Shown here piece after piece: positions 1 through 10,291 of a DNA stretch of 64,000 nucleotides (position 1 is the first letter of the stretch; every line of letters begins with the position of its first letter). The notes under the pieces are model-generated. The model did no database searches and was not told where the DNA came from. It saw only the letters and a list, made by a program, of their open reading frames with translations. The translations under genes and the position numbers were made by a program. Origin of the DNA: an uncultured Thermoplasmata archaeon (lineage in GTDB: Archaea > Thermoplasmatota > Thermoplasmata > Lutacidiplasmatales > UBA184); the NCBI GenBank assembly GCA_963749195.1, contig CAVVLX010000006.1, positions 862,722 through 926,721 of the forward strand, given 5' to 3'.

Positions 1-485
1 AACGCCGCAATCGTCAGGACGGCCGCGCCCAAGGAGGTGAATAGACCGGGCGGAACCACTCCCCATATCGAAAGGGCCAGCACACCGGCACCGACATAAA
101 GGACGAGAATCGCAATGAACGTGACGGCGCTCGCCGCCACGAACCGGCCGAGCAGGAGCACCGAACGGCGGACCGGCAGCACGAGGGTGTAATAGCCGCT
201 CGCCGTGCCGGTATCGATCGAGGTGGCATCACCGCCGAGTAGCGCCGCTCCGATCAGGATGATGAAATAAGCTAAGCCGATGGGCAGTCCCAGGGCCACG
301 GTCACGGGGGTCTGTCGAAGCGTGGCCGTCCCAAAGTACAGGATCGCGGCCACAATCACCGCCAGCACGAAGACGGCGATGATCAGGATCGTCAGGAAGC
401 GATACGACCGGAGATAGAATCGGAGGGCGAACTTCACGGACGTTCGAAACTGCTCCGCATCCGTCGCGGCCGAGCCTAGCGTCAA
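1..485 (-). CDS. Polytopic membrane protein, ABC-2-type permease-like; C-terminal part lies outside the window
   Basis: Own translation of a minus-strand frame absent from the ORF track (no stop in window). TTG at 485, then TLGSAATDAEQFRTSVKFALRFYLRSYRFLTILIIAVFVLAVIVAAILYFG...GLPIGLAYFIILIGAALLGG...VLLLGRFVAASAVTFIAILVLYVGAGVLALSIWG. Open to nt 1, with an in-frame TAA 10 codons upstream of the TTG. Several hydrophobic helices. Family assignment is by appearance only. Confidence 0.6.
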   Translation of the reverse strand, partial: MTLGSAATDAEQFRTSVKFALRFYLRSYRFLTILIIAVFVLAVIVAAILYFGTATLRQTPVTVALGLPIGLAYFIILIGAALLGGDATSIDTGTASGYYTLVLPVRRSVLLLGRFVAASAVTFIAILVLYVGAGVLALSIWGVVPPGLFTSLGAAVLTIAA

Positions 486-510
486 TTCGTATTTCGAAAC
501 GCCCTCCGCC

Positions 511-562
511 GGTTATTAACAGTTGCATCGGGCCGCATCCGACGGGTCGAGTCGTTTAAAAC
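511..562. promoter_or_regulatory. Divergent promoter region with two TATA-box-like elements
   Basis: AT-rich patch in a GC-rich divergent intergenic region. TTTAAAA (555-561) lies 28 nt upstream of ATG 583. TTAATAA on the minus strand (513-519) lies about 30 nt upstream of TTG 485. The spacing fits archaeal TATA boxes driving leaderless mRNAs. Confidence 0.4.
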
Positions 563-582
563 GCGACCGTGTTCCGGGGATA

Positions 583-1557
583 ATGGGATTCCCTCTCGGA
601 GACTGGATCGACGATCACGCGGCGTGTCGCTACGACCTTGGCCGAAGCGGCATGCGCGGATCGATCCGATTACCTCGGTTGCCCGTCCGAGGGAATCTCG
701 AGGTCGACCTTCCGGAATTGCGGATGCGGGCCGGTCGATTGAGTGGCGTGACGGCCGATCGTGTCTTTTTGACGCACGGGGCTTCGGAAGGGAATGCTCT
801 CGCATTGCTCTATCTCGCTCGGCGATGGACGACGCGATCCTCCCGAGTACCCAGGTGCTGGGTTCAGCCGCCCGAATATCCTCCGATCTTCGATGTGGCT
901 CGGGCCGTTGGGTTCCGGGTTTCATTTCGTCCCGGGCCCCATGAGGTCCGGGCGCTTTCTCGTCCGAACAATCCCACCGGAACTTCGGCCGATCTCGAAC
1001 AGGTTCGTGCGTGGCCGGAAACTTCCCCGTCGATCCTCGTCGACGAGACTTTCCGGGAATTTACCGCCGCCCGCTCGCTCCAGAGATCGCGAATCCCCGG
1101 CCTTTGGACCGTAGGTACGTTCACGAAAGCCTACGGCGGCGACGCGCTGCGCGTCGGCTTTGTCATTCCTCCTCCGGAGGAAACTGAATCGTTTCGGCGC
1201 CTCCATGGAATGTTCCTGGACGAACTTCCGCCGGCGTCTGCTGCGGGAGCGCTGACCCTCCTACGTCATCGGAGGACCATCCTTGCCGAAAGTCAACGGT
1301 TGCTCGCTCGGAATCTCCGGATTCTCCAGAACGCGCTCCCGGGCGTCCCTTCGCTGACCGCCCCGGTCTGGTTCGATCGCGGAGAAGGAAAATTGGACGG
1401 GGAGCAACTGGCCCGGGCCTGCCTTCGGGCCAGCGTCCTCGTCTGCCCCGGAGGTTTCTTTGGCGAGCCCGGGGGCGTTCGATTGTGTCTCACCCGAAGA
1501 TCCTTCCGCCGGGACCTGGCCCATTATCTTGCCGTCCGGGAACGATATCTCTGCTGA
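583..1557 (+). CDS. PLP-dependent aminotransferase, class I/II (HisC/CobD-like)
   Basis: ORF 523-1557. Motifs LTHGASEGNALALL, SRPNNPTGT, ILVDETFREF and GTFTKAYGGDALRVGF (PLP-lysine context). ATG 583 is preferred over TTG 523 because of the TATA spacing. Confidence 0.8.
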   Translation: MGFPLGDWIDDHAACRYDLGRSGMRGSIRLPRLPVRGNLEVDLPELRMRAGRLSGVTADRVFLTHGASEGNALALLYLARRWTTRSSRVPRCWVQPPEYPPIFDVARAVGFRVSFRPGPHEVRALSRPNNPTGTSADLEQVRAWPETSPSILVDETFREFTAARSLQRSRIPGLWTVGTFTKAYGGDALRVGFVIPPPEETESFRRLHGMFLDELPPASAAGALTLLRHRRTILAESQRLLARNLRILQNALPGVPSLTAPVWFDRGEGKLDGEQLARACLRASVLVCPGGFFGEPGGVRLCLTRRSFRRDLAHYLAVRERYLC

Positions 1558-1575
1558 CGCGGACGGCGTCGCACC

Positions 1576-2001
1576 CTAACGATCTCTCGCAGTCGCTTCC
1601 GTGCGGCTCCCGGAGGGTTCCGGAAGGGATCGGGCCAGCCCGCGTCGTAGATAGGCCGCCCGGGGTTGCGGTACCCCGCGCGAGGGAGTTGGAGCACCCA
1701 CATACTCCTGAAGAAACGTAATTGCGAATTGCGTCGCCCGTTGCCGGCTCGTGTCTTGCGAGAGGAGGAAACCGCGAGCGAGCTCCGTCAGTACCGCCCG
1801 TGCCGGTACCACACCCTCGAAGGGGAGGGGACGAAACCCCCGCGCTCGGCGGGCTTTTTCCTCCCGTTCGTCCATTCGGGGTCGGCGACCTCGGTTGGTG
1901 GCATAAAGCGTGAGGCTCCAGTCGGTGACGCCGGCCCCGTTCATTTGACCCCACCGCGAAGGCTTTACCCCCGTGATTCCGTGCTCCAGCGAGGTACTCA
2001 T
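1576..2001 (-). CDS. Hypothetical protein (weak call)
   Basis: 141-aa minus-strand ORF filling the roughly 440-nt gap between two plus-strand aminotransferase genes. Third-position GC looks similar to neighbouring real genes. No recognisable motif; it could equally be a GC-driven spurious ORF. Confidence 0.3.
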   Translation of the reverse strand: MSTSLEHGITGVKPSRWGQMNGAGVTDWSLTLYATNRGRRPRMDEREEKARRARGFRPLPFEGVVPARAVLTELARGFLLSQDTSRQRATQFAITFLQEYVGAPTPSRGVPQPRAAYLRRGLARSLPEPSGSRTEATARDR

Positions 2002-3394
2002 GGTTCAGAGCACGCCCCCGCCCGTCAGCGAGTCACCGACTGAGACTCGAACCCGAAGCCCGAGCCGAGGCGTCGTGCTCCGCACCCCGATTCCCGGACC
2101 CAACGCTCAGCGGGTCATTGCCGCAGATCACCGCTTCCTCATGACCAGCACGAAGACATCCCCCGTCGTCGCGGCTACTGGAAGCGGAGTCTGGATCACC
2201 GACGTCGATGGGAATCGACTCCTAGATTTCTCCGCCGGCGTCGCCGTGCTGAACACCGGCCATTGTCACCCCGCGGTCGTGCAGGCCATCCGGGAGCAGG
2301 CCGGCAAGTTGACCCATTTCGCCGGGACCGATTTTTACTACGAGAACCAAACCCGACTGGCGCAAAAGATCACTGAGATCACGCCCGGGGAGTTTCCGAA
2401 AAAAGTCTTTTTCACGAACAGCGGGACCGAAAGCGCCGAAGCTGCACTCAAAATGGCCCGATGGAATCGACGCCGACCGATCACGATTGGCCTCTTGGGT
2501 GCGTTTCACGGCCGTTCGATGGGCTCGCTCACGATGACCGCCTCGAAACCGGTCCAGCGCGGACGGTTTCAGGCCTATAGCGGCGGAGGACACCACATCC
2601 CCGCCCCCAACTGCTATCGCTGCCCGTACAAGCTCGAATATCCGAGCTGCGACCTGTACTGCGCCAAGATTCTCAAGGAACTGTACTTTGAAACGTCGAT
2701 TCCCCCGGACGATGTCGCGGCGTTCATCGCGGAGCCGGTCATGGGCGAGGGAGGTTACATCGTCCCGCCTCCCGGATGGCATAAGGAGATCAAATCGATC
2801 CTCGATCCACACGGAATTCTCTTCATCGACGACGAAGTACAATCCGGAATCGGTCGGACGGGGAAGTGGTTCGCGATCGAACATCACGGGATCGTCCCCG
2901 ACATCGTGACGATGGCGAAAGCGCTCGGCGGCGGCGTGCCGATCGGCGCGATCGCCTTCCGCTCGGAGCTCGACTTTTCGGCGGCGGGCGTCCACTCGAA
3001 CACCTTCGGGGGAAATCTCGTATCGGTCTCCGCCGCGCTGGCCACTTTGGACGTCATCGAACGCGAGCAACTGCTAGAAAACGCTCGCGTGCAAGGCAAC
3101 TACCTCCTCCAGCGGCTCCGCGAGTTGCAGCAGAAGTTCGAGGAGATCGGCGACGTGCGGGGGCTGGGATTGATGACCGCGACGGAGATCGTCGAGGATC
3201 GCCGCACCAAGTCCCCCGCCATTCGGCTGCGCGATGCCATCATCGAGGAAAGCTATCGCCAAGGATTGATCCTCCTTCCCTGCGGTAAATCGTCGATCCG
3301 CTACATTCCCCCGCTCATCGTGCAGCGCGAACACATCGACGAGGGGATCGAGATTCTCGACGCCGCGATCGTTAAGGCCCGCGGCGCGCGATGA
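2000..3394 (+). CDS. Class III PLP aminotransferase (4-aminobutyrate / acetylornithine aminotransferase family)
   Basis: ORF 1973-3394. Motifs IPGPNAQRV, GHCHPAVVQAIREQ, FTNSGTESAEAALKMAR, DEVQSGIGRTGKWFA and TMAKALGGG (PLP Lys). ATG 2000 taken as the start. Confidence 0.88.
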   Translation: MVQSTPPPVSESPTETRTRSPSRGVVLRTPIPGPNAQRVIAADHRFLMTSTKTSPVVAATGSGVWITDVDGNRLLDFSAGVAVLNTGHCHPAVVQAIREQAGKLTHFAGTDFYYENQTRLAQKITEITPGEFPKKVFFTNSGTESAEAALKMARWNRRRPITIGLLGAFHGRSMGSLTMTASKPVQRGRFQAYSGGGHHIPAPNCYRCPYKLEYPSCDLYCAKILKELYFETSIPPDDVAAFIAEPVMGEGGYIVPPPGWHKEIKSILDPHGILFIDDEVQSGIGRTGKWFAIEHHGIVPDIVTMAKALGGGVPIGAIAFRSELDFSAAGVHSNTFGGNLVSVSAALATLDVIEREQLLENARVQGNYLLQRLRELQQKFEEIGDVRGLGLMTATEIVEDRRTKSPAIRLRDAIIEESYRQGLILLPCGKSSIRYIPPLIVQREHIDEGIEILDAAIVKARGAR

Positions 3395-4431
3395 AGGTCG
3401 GTCGGCTCACCGGACCCGGTCAACTGGCGATCGAAGAACGTCCTCCGCCGTCCATTGGTCCGGGGGAGGTTCTCGTGTCGCTAGCCGGCTGCGGTATTTG
3501 CGGTACCGACCTCGAGAAGCTTCGGGGGAACTACGCTTCGGCCGGGGTCTTAGGGCATGAACCGGTGGGCGTCGTTGCCCAGGTAGGCGCCGGGGTGCGG
3601 AGCGTCGTGCCGGGCGACCGGGCCTTCGTCCACCACCACGTCCCGTGCTACGCGTGCGAGATCTGTCGACGCGGCGACTTCACGTTCTGCCCCACCTACT
3701 CCAAGACGAACCTCGATCCGGGCGGCTTCGCGGAGCAGTTTCGGGTTCCCGAAGAGAATGTTCGTCGGGGCGCGATCCTACCCCTTTCCCCCCGGATCGA
3801 TTGGGCCACTGGCACGTTGCTCGAACCGGCGGGCTGCGCGCTCACCGCGCTCCGTCGGGTCGGTTTTCAGCCGGGGTGGTCGGTTTTCGTGGTCGGATTG
3901 GGACCGGTTGGCCTACTGTATGCGCGACTATCGAAGGCCCTCGGGGCGAGTTGGGTCGGCGGTGCCGAGATGGCCCCTCTGCGTCGATCCGCCGCGGAGC
4001 GGGGACGGATCGACCGCACCGTCGATCCGCGGAATCCCCCCGAGGTCATCGAGCTGGTCCGGTCGATCTCGGACGGGCGGGGGGTCGACCTCGCGGTCGT
4101 CGCCACCGGCGCTCCGGAGGCGGTGCGCTTAGGGGCCTCCTTAACGCGTCGGGGCGGCACCTTGAATCTGTTCGGATTGCCCGAGGCGGGGAGCCGGTTG
4201 GACGTCGATCTTCAAGAACTCTACCTCCGGGGCACCCGGGTGATCCCCTCCTATGCCACGACCGAGCCCGATATTGCGGAGGTTCACGCGATGGTGGTCG
4301 CCGGACGTCTCTCCCTCGCCGATCTCGTTTCGCATCGACTTCCGCTGTCGGACCTCCAAGAAGCCTTTCGACTGGCGCAACGACCGACCGAATCGCTCAA
4401 GGTGGTCGTAACCGGTCCGGCGATTGGCTAG
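3391..4431 (+). CDS. Zinc-dependent alcohol/threonine dehydrogenase family (MDR) oxidoreductase
   Basis: GICGTDLEKLRG...GHEPVGVV catalytic-zinc motif. CYACEICRRGDFTFC structural-zinc Cys cluster. GLGPVGLL Rossmann motif. The ATG overlaps the upstream stop (ATGA). Confidence 0.85.
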   Translation: MKVGRLTGPGQLAIEERPPPSIGPGEVLVSLAGCGICGTDLEKLRGNYASAGVLGHEPVGVVAQVGAGVRSVVPGDRAFVHHHVPCYACEICRRGDFTFCPTYSKTNLDPGGFAEQFRVPEENVRRGAILPLSPRIDWATGTLLEPAGCALTALRRVGFQPGWSVFVVGLGPVGLLYARLSKALGASWVGGAEMAPLRRSAAERGRIDRTVDPRNPPEVIELVRSISDGRGVDLAVVATGAPEAVRLGASLTRRGGTLNLFGLPEAGSRLDVDLQELYLRGTRVIPSYATTEPDIAEVHAMVVAGRLSLADLVSHRLPLSDLQEAFRLAQRPTESLKVVVTGPAIG

Positions 4432-5403
4432 GCCTCTCCGGCTTCCCCGGTCACCGCTCCTGAGACTCGGTGGCCTGCACGCACCCGCGCTTTGGGACCG
4501 AGGAGGGACCCGACCACAACGGCTTCGCGCTCGATCGTCGCGCCCGACATGACGATCGAATTCTCGACGTGCGCTCCGGGCTCGACCGTGACGTCATCCT
4601 CCAGCGTCACGTAGGGACCGAAGGAAGCCCCCGAAGCGGTCACGTCGACTCCGTAGGCCACGGGTCCCTGGCCCACCGATCCTTTCGGAAGGACTCCGCG
4701 ACCTCCTCGACCAGCGTCAAACAGGAGACGTTGAGAGCGTAGGAGCCGCTCGGGGGTGCCGGCATCGTCCCAGAATCCCTGGAATCGGAAACCGAAGACC
4801 CGACGCGCCAGCAGGCCGGGCACGGTATCCCTTTCGAAGTTCGTGGGAACTCCCTCGGGCAATCGATCCAACACCTCCCGGGACCAAACCGCGAGGCCGG
4901 CGTTGATCCAATGGGACGGTGCGTCCTGGGGATCTGGTTTCTCGACGAACCCCGTGATCCGGTCCTGATCATCGAGCGCGGCGACGCCGTAGGGTCGAGT
5001 ATCTTCGACTTCGGTCAGCGCCATGGTCCCGATCCCCCCATGCCTTCGGTGCGCCCCGATCAGTGCCGGCACGTCGAGCGATGCGATGACGTCGGAATTC
5101 ATCAGCAGGAACGGGTCACTGATTCCCTTCTCGGCGTTCTTCATCCCGCCCCCCGTTCCGAGGGGCTCTCGTTCGGGAACCGAACGGATCGGGACTCGGA
5201 ACGGGTGCGCTCGAACGTAGGCTTCGATCATTTCGGACTTGTATCCGGTTGCGAGGACGATCTCTTCGAGGTCCGGCGGAACGAGGTCGAGCACGTGGTA
5301 GAGCATCGATTTGCCGGCGATCGGAATGAGCTGTTTCGGCACGGAGTAGGTGACCGGTCGCAGGCGCGTTCCAAAACCTCCGATCAAGACGATGGCTTTC
5401 ACG
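4428..5403 (-). CDS. Sugar-1-phosphate nucleotidyltransferase (NDP-sugar pyrophosphorylase) with C-terminal left-handed beta-helix
   Basis: ORF 4428-5444. VKAIVLIGGFGTRLRPVTYSVPKQLIPIAGKSML is the classic G-x-G-T-R-L NTP-transferase N-terminus. The C-terminal hexapeptide-like repeats resemble GlmU / GDP-mannose pyrophosphorylase-type enzymes. GTG 5403 (GGAG 8 nt upstream) fits the family N-terminus better than ATG 5444. Confidence 0.8.
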
Positions 5404-5468
5404 TGGCATGCTCCGAACGCTTTGAGGGTGGGACCGCTTCCCACCCATCGACGGCCTCCCTCATGAAT

Positions 5469-6668
5469 TTACAACACCCGGGTTTCAGCCCCTTGCGCCG
5501 TCGCTCGGGCGTATTCCCGTTGCACGAGCCGCTTCAGCAGTGCGGCAGGGCTCCCCCAGATCGAAACCGGTCCAATTTTTCCCGCCCCTTTTCCGATTCC
5601 GACCGCGACGATCGACCCTTTCTCCTGATACCGGAAGTTTTCTAACGGCTCGCCCTTGGATTGATGGACGATATTGCGGCCGGCGATGCGGGCCTCGGCG
5701 ATCGCCGCCTGAGCGGTACCGGGGACGAACACGCCCGTTTGAGGATCTCGGAGCTCGATCACATCGCCGACGCCATAGACTCCCGAGTGCCCGGGGATCT
5801 CGAGGGATTCGGTTACGGCTAGTCGCCCGCCCCGGCCGTGAGGAACGGGTAGCTCCTTCACGATCGGGGGGGCTTGGAGTCCCGCACACCAGACGATCAA
5901 GTCCGCCACGAGCAGACTTCCGTCCTCCAGGAAGACCTTGCCGGATTCAATCTTCGCCACGTTGACGCCCTCGAATAGCAGCACCCCGGTCCGACGCAAC
6001 AGCTGACGCGCTCGGGCGACTAACTCGGGACGGAAGCCTGTGAGGAACGGGAGCGCTCCACCGAGGAGCACCACTTCGGGGGAACGGGCGGACGGTACGG
6101 TCAATTTCCTCCAATCGGTGGTCGCGATCTCCGCGGCGAGCTCCGTGCCAGTCGATCCGCCCCCGATCACGGCAATCCGGGGCCGTCGTTCGGGAGGGAG
6201 CCGGGGAGAACCGCGTTCGACCTCGCGAACTGCTTTCGCCAATCCGAGGGCATTCGGAAGCCGGTAAATCTGGTGTGTGAACTCCTCGGCGCCCGGCACT
6301 CCGTAGTAGGCGGCCACGCTCCCGAGGCAGATCGCGAGCGAGCGGTACGACAAGGCAGATCCGGACTCGAAGGTTATCCTTTGGGCGACCAAGTCGATCG
6401 CGCGAACCGAATCCGTTCTCCAAGTGACGGAGGTTCGGGCCAACACCTTTTCGATGGGGACGGAGAACGACGAGGTTTCGTCGTCGGTCGCGAGACGACC
6501 GACCTCATACAGTTCGGTCCGCAACACGTGGGAAGGGTGACGATCGACCATGACGATCGGCAACCGACCTCTCGATCGCCGGGCCACCTCGTGCGCCACC
6601 ATTACGCCGGCATAGCCGGCGCCCAGGATCACGACCGGATCCGTGGAACCCGGCGAGGGAGTGGACAT
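5469..6668 (-). CDS. FAD-dependent pyridine nucleotide-disulfide oxidoreductase, type II NADH dehydrogenase (NDH-2)-like
   Basis: Two dinucleotide-binding motifs (VVILGAGYAGV; IAVIGGGSTGTELAAE) and GVYGVGDV near the C-terminus. 399 aa. Confidence 0.8.
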   Translation of the reverse strand: MSTPSPGSTDPVVILGAGYAGVMVAHEVARRSRGRLPIVMVDRHPSHVLRTELYEVGRLATDDETSSFSVPIEKVLARTSVTWRTDSVRAIDLVAQRITFESGSALSYRSLAICLGSVAAYYGVPGAEEFTHQIYRLPNALGLAKAVREVERGSPRLPPERRPRIAVIGGGSTGTELAAEIATTDWRKLTVPSARSPEVVLLGGALPFLTGFRPELVARARQLLRRTGVLLFEGVNVAKIESGKVFLEDGSLLVADLIVWCAGLQAPPIVKELPVPHGRGGRLAVTESLEIPGHSGVYGVGDVIELRDPQTGVFVPGTAQAAIAEARIAGRNIVHQSKGEPLENFRYQEKGSIVAVGIGKGAGKIGPVSIWGSPAALLKRLVQREYARATAQGAETRVL

Positions 6669-6834
6669 CGGTGCCCCGCGACGCTTGGGGGGACTTTAGG
6701 CGTTCGGCCCCCTCCCACGGGCCCCCCGGACGGTGAACCTCTGAATGCCCTCTTCGATCCTGTTCAGGGGACGGTAGCTGGATGGGGTCGAGACCGGGAA
6801 GACGTTCGTCCGGTCGTGCCCATCGAACGAACGA

Positions 6835-7839
6835 TCAGGGCGAATTTGGGATCTTGTGGGGCAGGGTCGGCGGAGCGGGGCTGGCCGTGGATTGGCGTTG
6901 AGGCCCGGCGCGATAGCGCCGGGGGAGTTGAACGAGATACACCCCGAGAGCGACTCCGACCGCGCTGAGGGAGAGGGCGAGCAATACGAGAATCCCAAAG
7001 GAGTAGCTGATCCAAGTCAGCAGGACGATCGCGAGTGCGGCGACGATCAGGGGAGTGGCTCCGGGAAACGCTCGCGCGGGCGGCCGATGGACTTGCGGGC
7101 CCCTCTGAAGATTTGACAGGAGCTCCGGGTGACGGGCCAGCAGGGCCTGGTTCGAAGCGGAAAGAGACGCCCGATCGTTCGACTCCGTCAGAGGGAGTTG
7201 CGCGCCCGAGACGGTGATGGGCCGGAGCAACGGGGACAAGGTTCCGAAAAGGGCGAGCGCGGCGAGCGGAACGACGGCGGGTTGCGGAAACTGGGACAGC
7301 GGAAGGTCGCTCGGAACATAGGAACCCTGGGCGAGTTCGATCACTCCGCGGAACTGGGTGACGAGCAGGGTCCGAAGATTCGTGGCGACCGTCGAGGCGT
7401 TGATCGAGCTGAGCGAGGAGAACGTACCCACGAGGACGAGCAGCAGTACGAGGTCTACGAGGAGCAGTTGGAACGAAAAGATCTGCCAGCCGATCCCTTC
7501 CTCTTCTACGAACATCCACGCGGCCGCGACCAACGGAGAGATGAGGATCGTCCCGACGGAAAGCTCCAGGAGCCCCGAAAGAGTCCCGGAGGATACGGAG
7601 ATCGCCCCGCTTTGAGCCAGCAGGTAGAAGGCCCCGGGGAGACCGCCGAGGATCACGGAGGGAGCAATCCGATCGAATCGGTAACGGCGCGACAGTGGAA
7701 GCACAGCGGCCGCCAAGATGATCCCCGCGCCGACCACCGTCCAACCCCCGATCGCGGCGATCCACGGGGCCACGACGACGAAGCAGTAGCCCACTAACGG
7801 GAGCAAACAGGCCGCTTTCAGGAGGCGTCGCTCGATCAT
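6835..7839 (-). CDS. Polytopic membrane protein of unknown function (about 8 predicted TM helices), last gene of the MoxR/DUF58 cluster
   Basis: ORF 6835-7851. Hydrophobic segments include LLKAACLLPLVGYCFVVVAPWIAAI, WQIFSFQLLLVDLVLLLVLVGTF and GILVLLALSLSAVGVALGVYLV. ATG 7839 overlaps the DUF58 stop (ATGA), suggesting translational coupling. No catalytic motif recognised. Confidence 0.7.
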   Translation of the reverse strand: MIERRLLKAACLLPLVGYCFVVVAPWIAAIGGWTVVGAGIILAAAVLPLSRRYRFDRIAPSVILGGLPGAFYLLAQSGAISVSSGTLSGLLELSVGTILISPLVAAAWMFVEEEGIGWQIFSFQLLLVDLVLLLVLVGTFSSLSSINASTVATNLRTLLVTQFRGVIELAQGSYVPSDLPLSQFPQPAVVPLAALALFGTLSPLLRPITVSGAQLPLTESNDRASLSASNQALLARHPELLSNLQRGPQVHRPPARAFPGATPLIVAALAIVLLTWISYSFGILVLLALSLSAVGVALGVYLVQLPRRYRAGPQRQSTASPAPPTLPHKIPNSP

Positions 7840-9146
7840 CCCGCCCCCCACGTGCGGATGCGCGAGTACACCGTCAGAACGCGGGAAACGGCCCCTCGCC
7901 GATCGTAGGGGACGGTCGGGACTCCCTCGGTGCGCAAGTACGCCATCGCTGCTTGGATTCGTTGCGTTTCCGCCTCTTCGGGCAATCGCAACAACGATTG
8001 GGCCACCGGACCGACCGGGACGGGGTAGAACGACGGAAGTTGGGGAACGAAGGCGTGGAGGCGATGCCCTCGAGCGAAGAGGCCGGCCGCGCGGGAATGG
8101 AAGGTCGAGAAGTTCGTGGAGAGCGCGCTGAAGAGCAAGAGATGGGCGCGCGCGCTCAAGTCGTGCCCCAGCCGTTCGATCGCGCCGGAGAGGTTGAACG
8201 ATTGCATGGTCGGTCCAATCGAACAGAGCGCATTGGTGAGCAGCGAGCGATGCGTGGCTCCGTGATCGGGAGGAAGGTAGACGACGGGTCGTTGATCGTA
8301 GGCGAGGACCCCGATCCGGTCATCCTGCCGCCCCACGAAGGCGACGAGGACGAGGGCCGCTTCCACGGCTCGATCGAGCGCCGTTTGACCCACCATCCCC
8401 GCATTCATCGCCCGTCCGACGTCGAATAGGAGAACGAAATCTTGTCGACTCTCTTGTTCGTACTCGCGAATGAAGAGCTTCCCTTGGCCGGATCGCTTCC
8501 AGGCGATGGAGCGAATATCGTCGAAGGGAAGATACGGTCGGATCGACCGGAACTCGGTCCCATATCCTCGGTGGCGCAGCGTGCTCGCGCCCATCCACCG
8601 GGTGCGGAGCCTTTGACCCACCTGCCCTCCGGTACTTCCCGGCAGCGGCGAGACGACGGTGAATTCTTGCCTCGTGTCGAGCGCCAGCGTCTCGAAGGCT
8701 AGGCCGGCGGGGTCGTGAGCCACGACGATCGTCGGTCCCAACGTAAAGGAACCCCGTAACGAGGGGCGGATCAGGTAGTTCAAATCGAGCGATTCGGAAG
8801 GAGGCCACCAGGAGAGCACGCGCGGCGAGCCGAGCAGAACCTCACAACTTTCGGGCGTCGAGTCGAAGACCTCGGCCCAAAACCCCTTTCCGGTCGGGTT
8901 CGACACGTGGACGGACGTACCCGCCGTGCCGTTAAGCGCGATGCGCGGCGGCGGCCCCTCCCGCGCGCGTTCGAAGTAGAACCGCCGCAGGCGGCGCGTC
9001 GTCCATGAAAAAATCCCAATCTCCGCCGCCGCAAAGACGACGAAGGCCCATCCGGCCAAGAGGACGAGCAGATTGACCGTAAGAAATCCGAGGAGCAGCG
9101 ACCCAAACCCGGCCGCGAGCAATCCCCAGCCTCGCTGACTGATCAT
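7836..9146 (-). CDS. DUF58 family protein (vWA-like fold, two N-terminal TM helices)
   Basis: Hallmark DUF58 core FDDIRSIAWKRSGQGKLFIREYEQESRQDFVLLFDVGRAMNAG. N-terminal TM hairpin WGLLAAGFGSLLLGFLTVNLLVLLAGWAFVVFAAA. Sits directly downstream of MoxR, as is typical. Confidence 0.88.
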   Translation of the reverse strand: MISQRGWGLLAAGFGSLLLGFLTVNLLVLLAGWAFVVFAAAEIGIFSWTTRRLRRFYFERAREGPPPRIALNGTAGTSVHVSNPTGKGFWAEVFDSTPESCEVLLGSPRVLSWWPPSESLDLNYLIRPSLRGSFTLGPTIVVAHDPAGLAFETLALDTRQEFTVVSPLPGSTGGQVGQRLRTRWMGASTLRHRGYGTEFRSIRPYLPFDDIRSIAWKRSGQGKLFIREYEQESRQDFVLLFDVGRAMNAGMVGQTALDRAVEAALVLVAFVGRQDDRIGVLAYDQRPVVYLPPDHGATHRSLLTNALCSIGPTMQSFNLSGAIERLGHDLSARAHLLLFSALSTNFSTFHSRAAGLFARGHRLHAFVPQLPSFYPVPVGPVAQSLLRLPEEAETQRIQAAMAYLRTEGVPTVPYDRRGAVSRVLTVYSRIRTWGAG

Positions 9147-9204
9147 CTCGCAACTCCCGTTGACGACCTCGAGCCCGTCCGTGCTGCGCAGCCGGAGATG
9201 GGGG

Positions 9205-10290
9205 CTAGCGTGGGGGCGGGACCCGGGCCACGAGGGCCGAAATCACCTCGCCGAGGAGTTCTTCGCTCTGGACCTGAGTGGACGTAATCTGTTGGGCCAT
9301 CACCTCGGGGTGAATGACCACCCGATGATTCAGGACCGCAAACGCGAGGGATTTGACATCGTCCGGAATGACATACCCTCGCCCATCGAACAAGACGCTC
9401 GCTTTGACTGAACGGAGGAACTGGACTCCCGAGCGCGGGGAGGCGCCGATCAGTAGACGCGGTTCCTTCCGCGTTTCCCGTACGACATTCGTGAGGTACT
9501 GAAGCACCTCATCAGCGACAAAGATGGCTTTGGAGCGTTCGGCGAAGGATTGGAGGAGCTCGATGGAGACCAACCCTCGCGTGGGATAGATATCTCCCGC
9601 GTCCGAACGCGATCGGAGAATGCGGAATTCCTCATCGACCGTGGGATAGGTCAACAGGATGCGGAAGAGAAATCGATCGAGCTCCGCTTCGGGAAGTGGA
9701 TACGTACCCTCCTGCTCAACCGGATTCTGCGTCGCAATGACCATGAACGGGTCGGGTAGCGGGTACGCCTTGCCTTCCATGGTCACCTGGCGCTCTTGCA
9801 TCGCCTCGAGCAAGGCCGACTGCACTTTGGGCGGGGCCCGGTTGATCTCATCGGCGAGCACAATGTTCGCGAAGATCGGTCCGGGTCGGAACTCGAACGT
9901 CTGGCTCTTCGGATTGATGATGATCGACCCCATGATATCCGACGGGAGCATATCGGGAGTGAACTGGATCCGTTTGAACGATAGATTGAGGCAGGTCGCG
10001 AACGACCGCACGAGGTACGTTTTGGCGAGTCCGGGAACCCCTTCGACGAGGACGTGTCCGTCCGAGCAGAGCGCCACGGTCAGGAGGCGCACGATCGACT
10101 CCGATCCGATGACCGCCTGCCCGATCGACTCCTGCAGGCGGCGCAGCACTCGGCGCGGGTCCGAATCCGATCCTCCTACTTCGTCTCCGGGCCCGACTCC
10201 GCTTCCCGGGCCGGCAGCCCCCACCACTCCCTCGGTCGTTCCATGGGGTCGCGCGGGAAGCGCGCTCGAAGTGTTGGGTTGAGCGCCCAT
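9205..10290 (-). CDS. MoxR-family AAA+ ATPase
   Basis: Walker A VLVEGVPGLAKT. RIQFTPDMLPSDIMG. Walker B / sensor region GPIFANIVLADEINRAPPKVQSALLEAMQERQVT. VIATQNPVEQEGTYPLPEAELDRF. The ATG lies 1 nt after the upstream stop. Confidence 0.95.
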   Translation of the reverse strand: MGAQPNTSSALPARPHGTTEGVVGAAGPGSGVGPGDEVGGSDSDPRRVLRRLQESIGQAVIGSESIVRLLTVALCSDGHVLVEGVPGLAKTYLVRSFATCLNLSFKRIQFTPDMLPSDIMGSIIINPKSQTFEFRPGPIFANIVLADEINRAPPKVQSALLEAMQERQVTMEGKAYPLPDPFMVIATQNPVEQEGTYPLPEAELDRFLFRILLTYPTVDEEFRILRSRSDAGDIYPTRGLVSIELLQSFAERSKAIFVADEVLQYLTNVVRETRKEPRLLIGASPRSGVQFLRSVKASVLFDGRGYVIPDDVKSLAFAVLNHRVVIHPEVMAQQITSTQVQSEELLGEVISALVARVPPPR

Positions 10291-10291
10291 T

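Noticed and set aside
6764-7765. 333-aa alternative-frame ORF overlapping the 8-TM membrane protein gene
   Set aside because: Extremely Arg/Pro/Ser-rich. The competing frame gives coherent TM helices and an ATGA coupling to DUF58.
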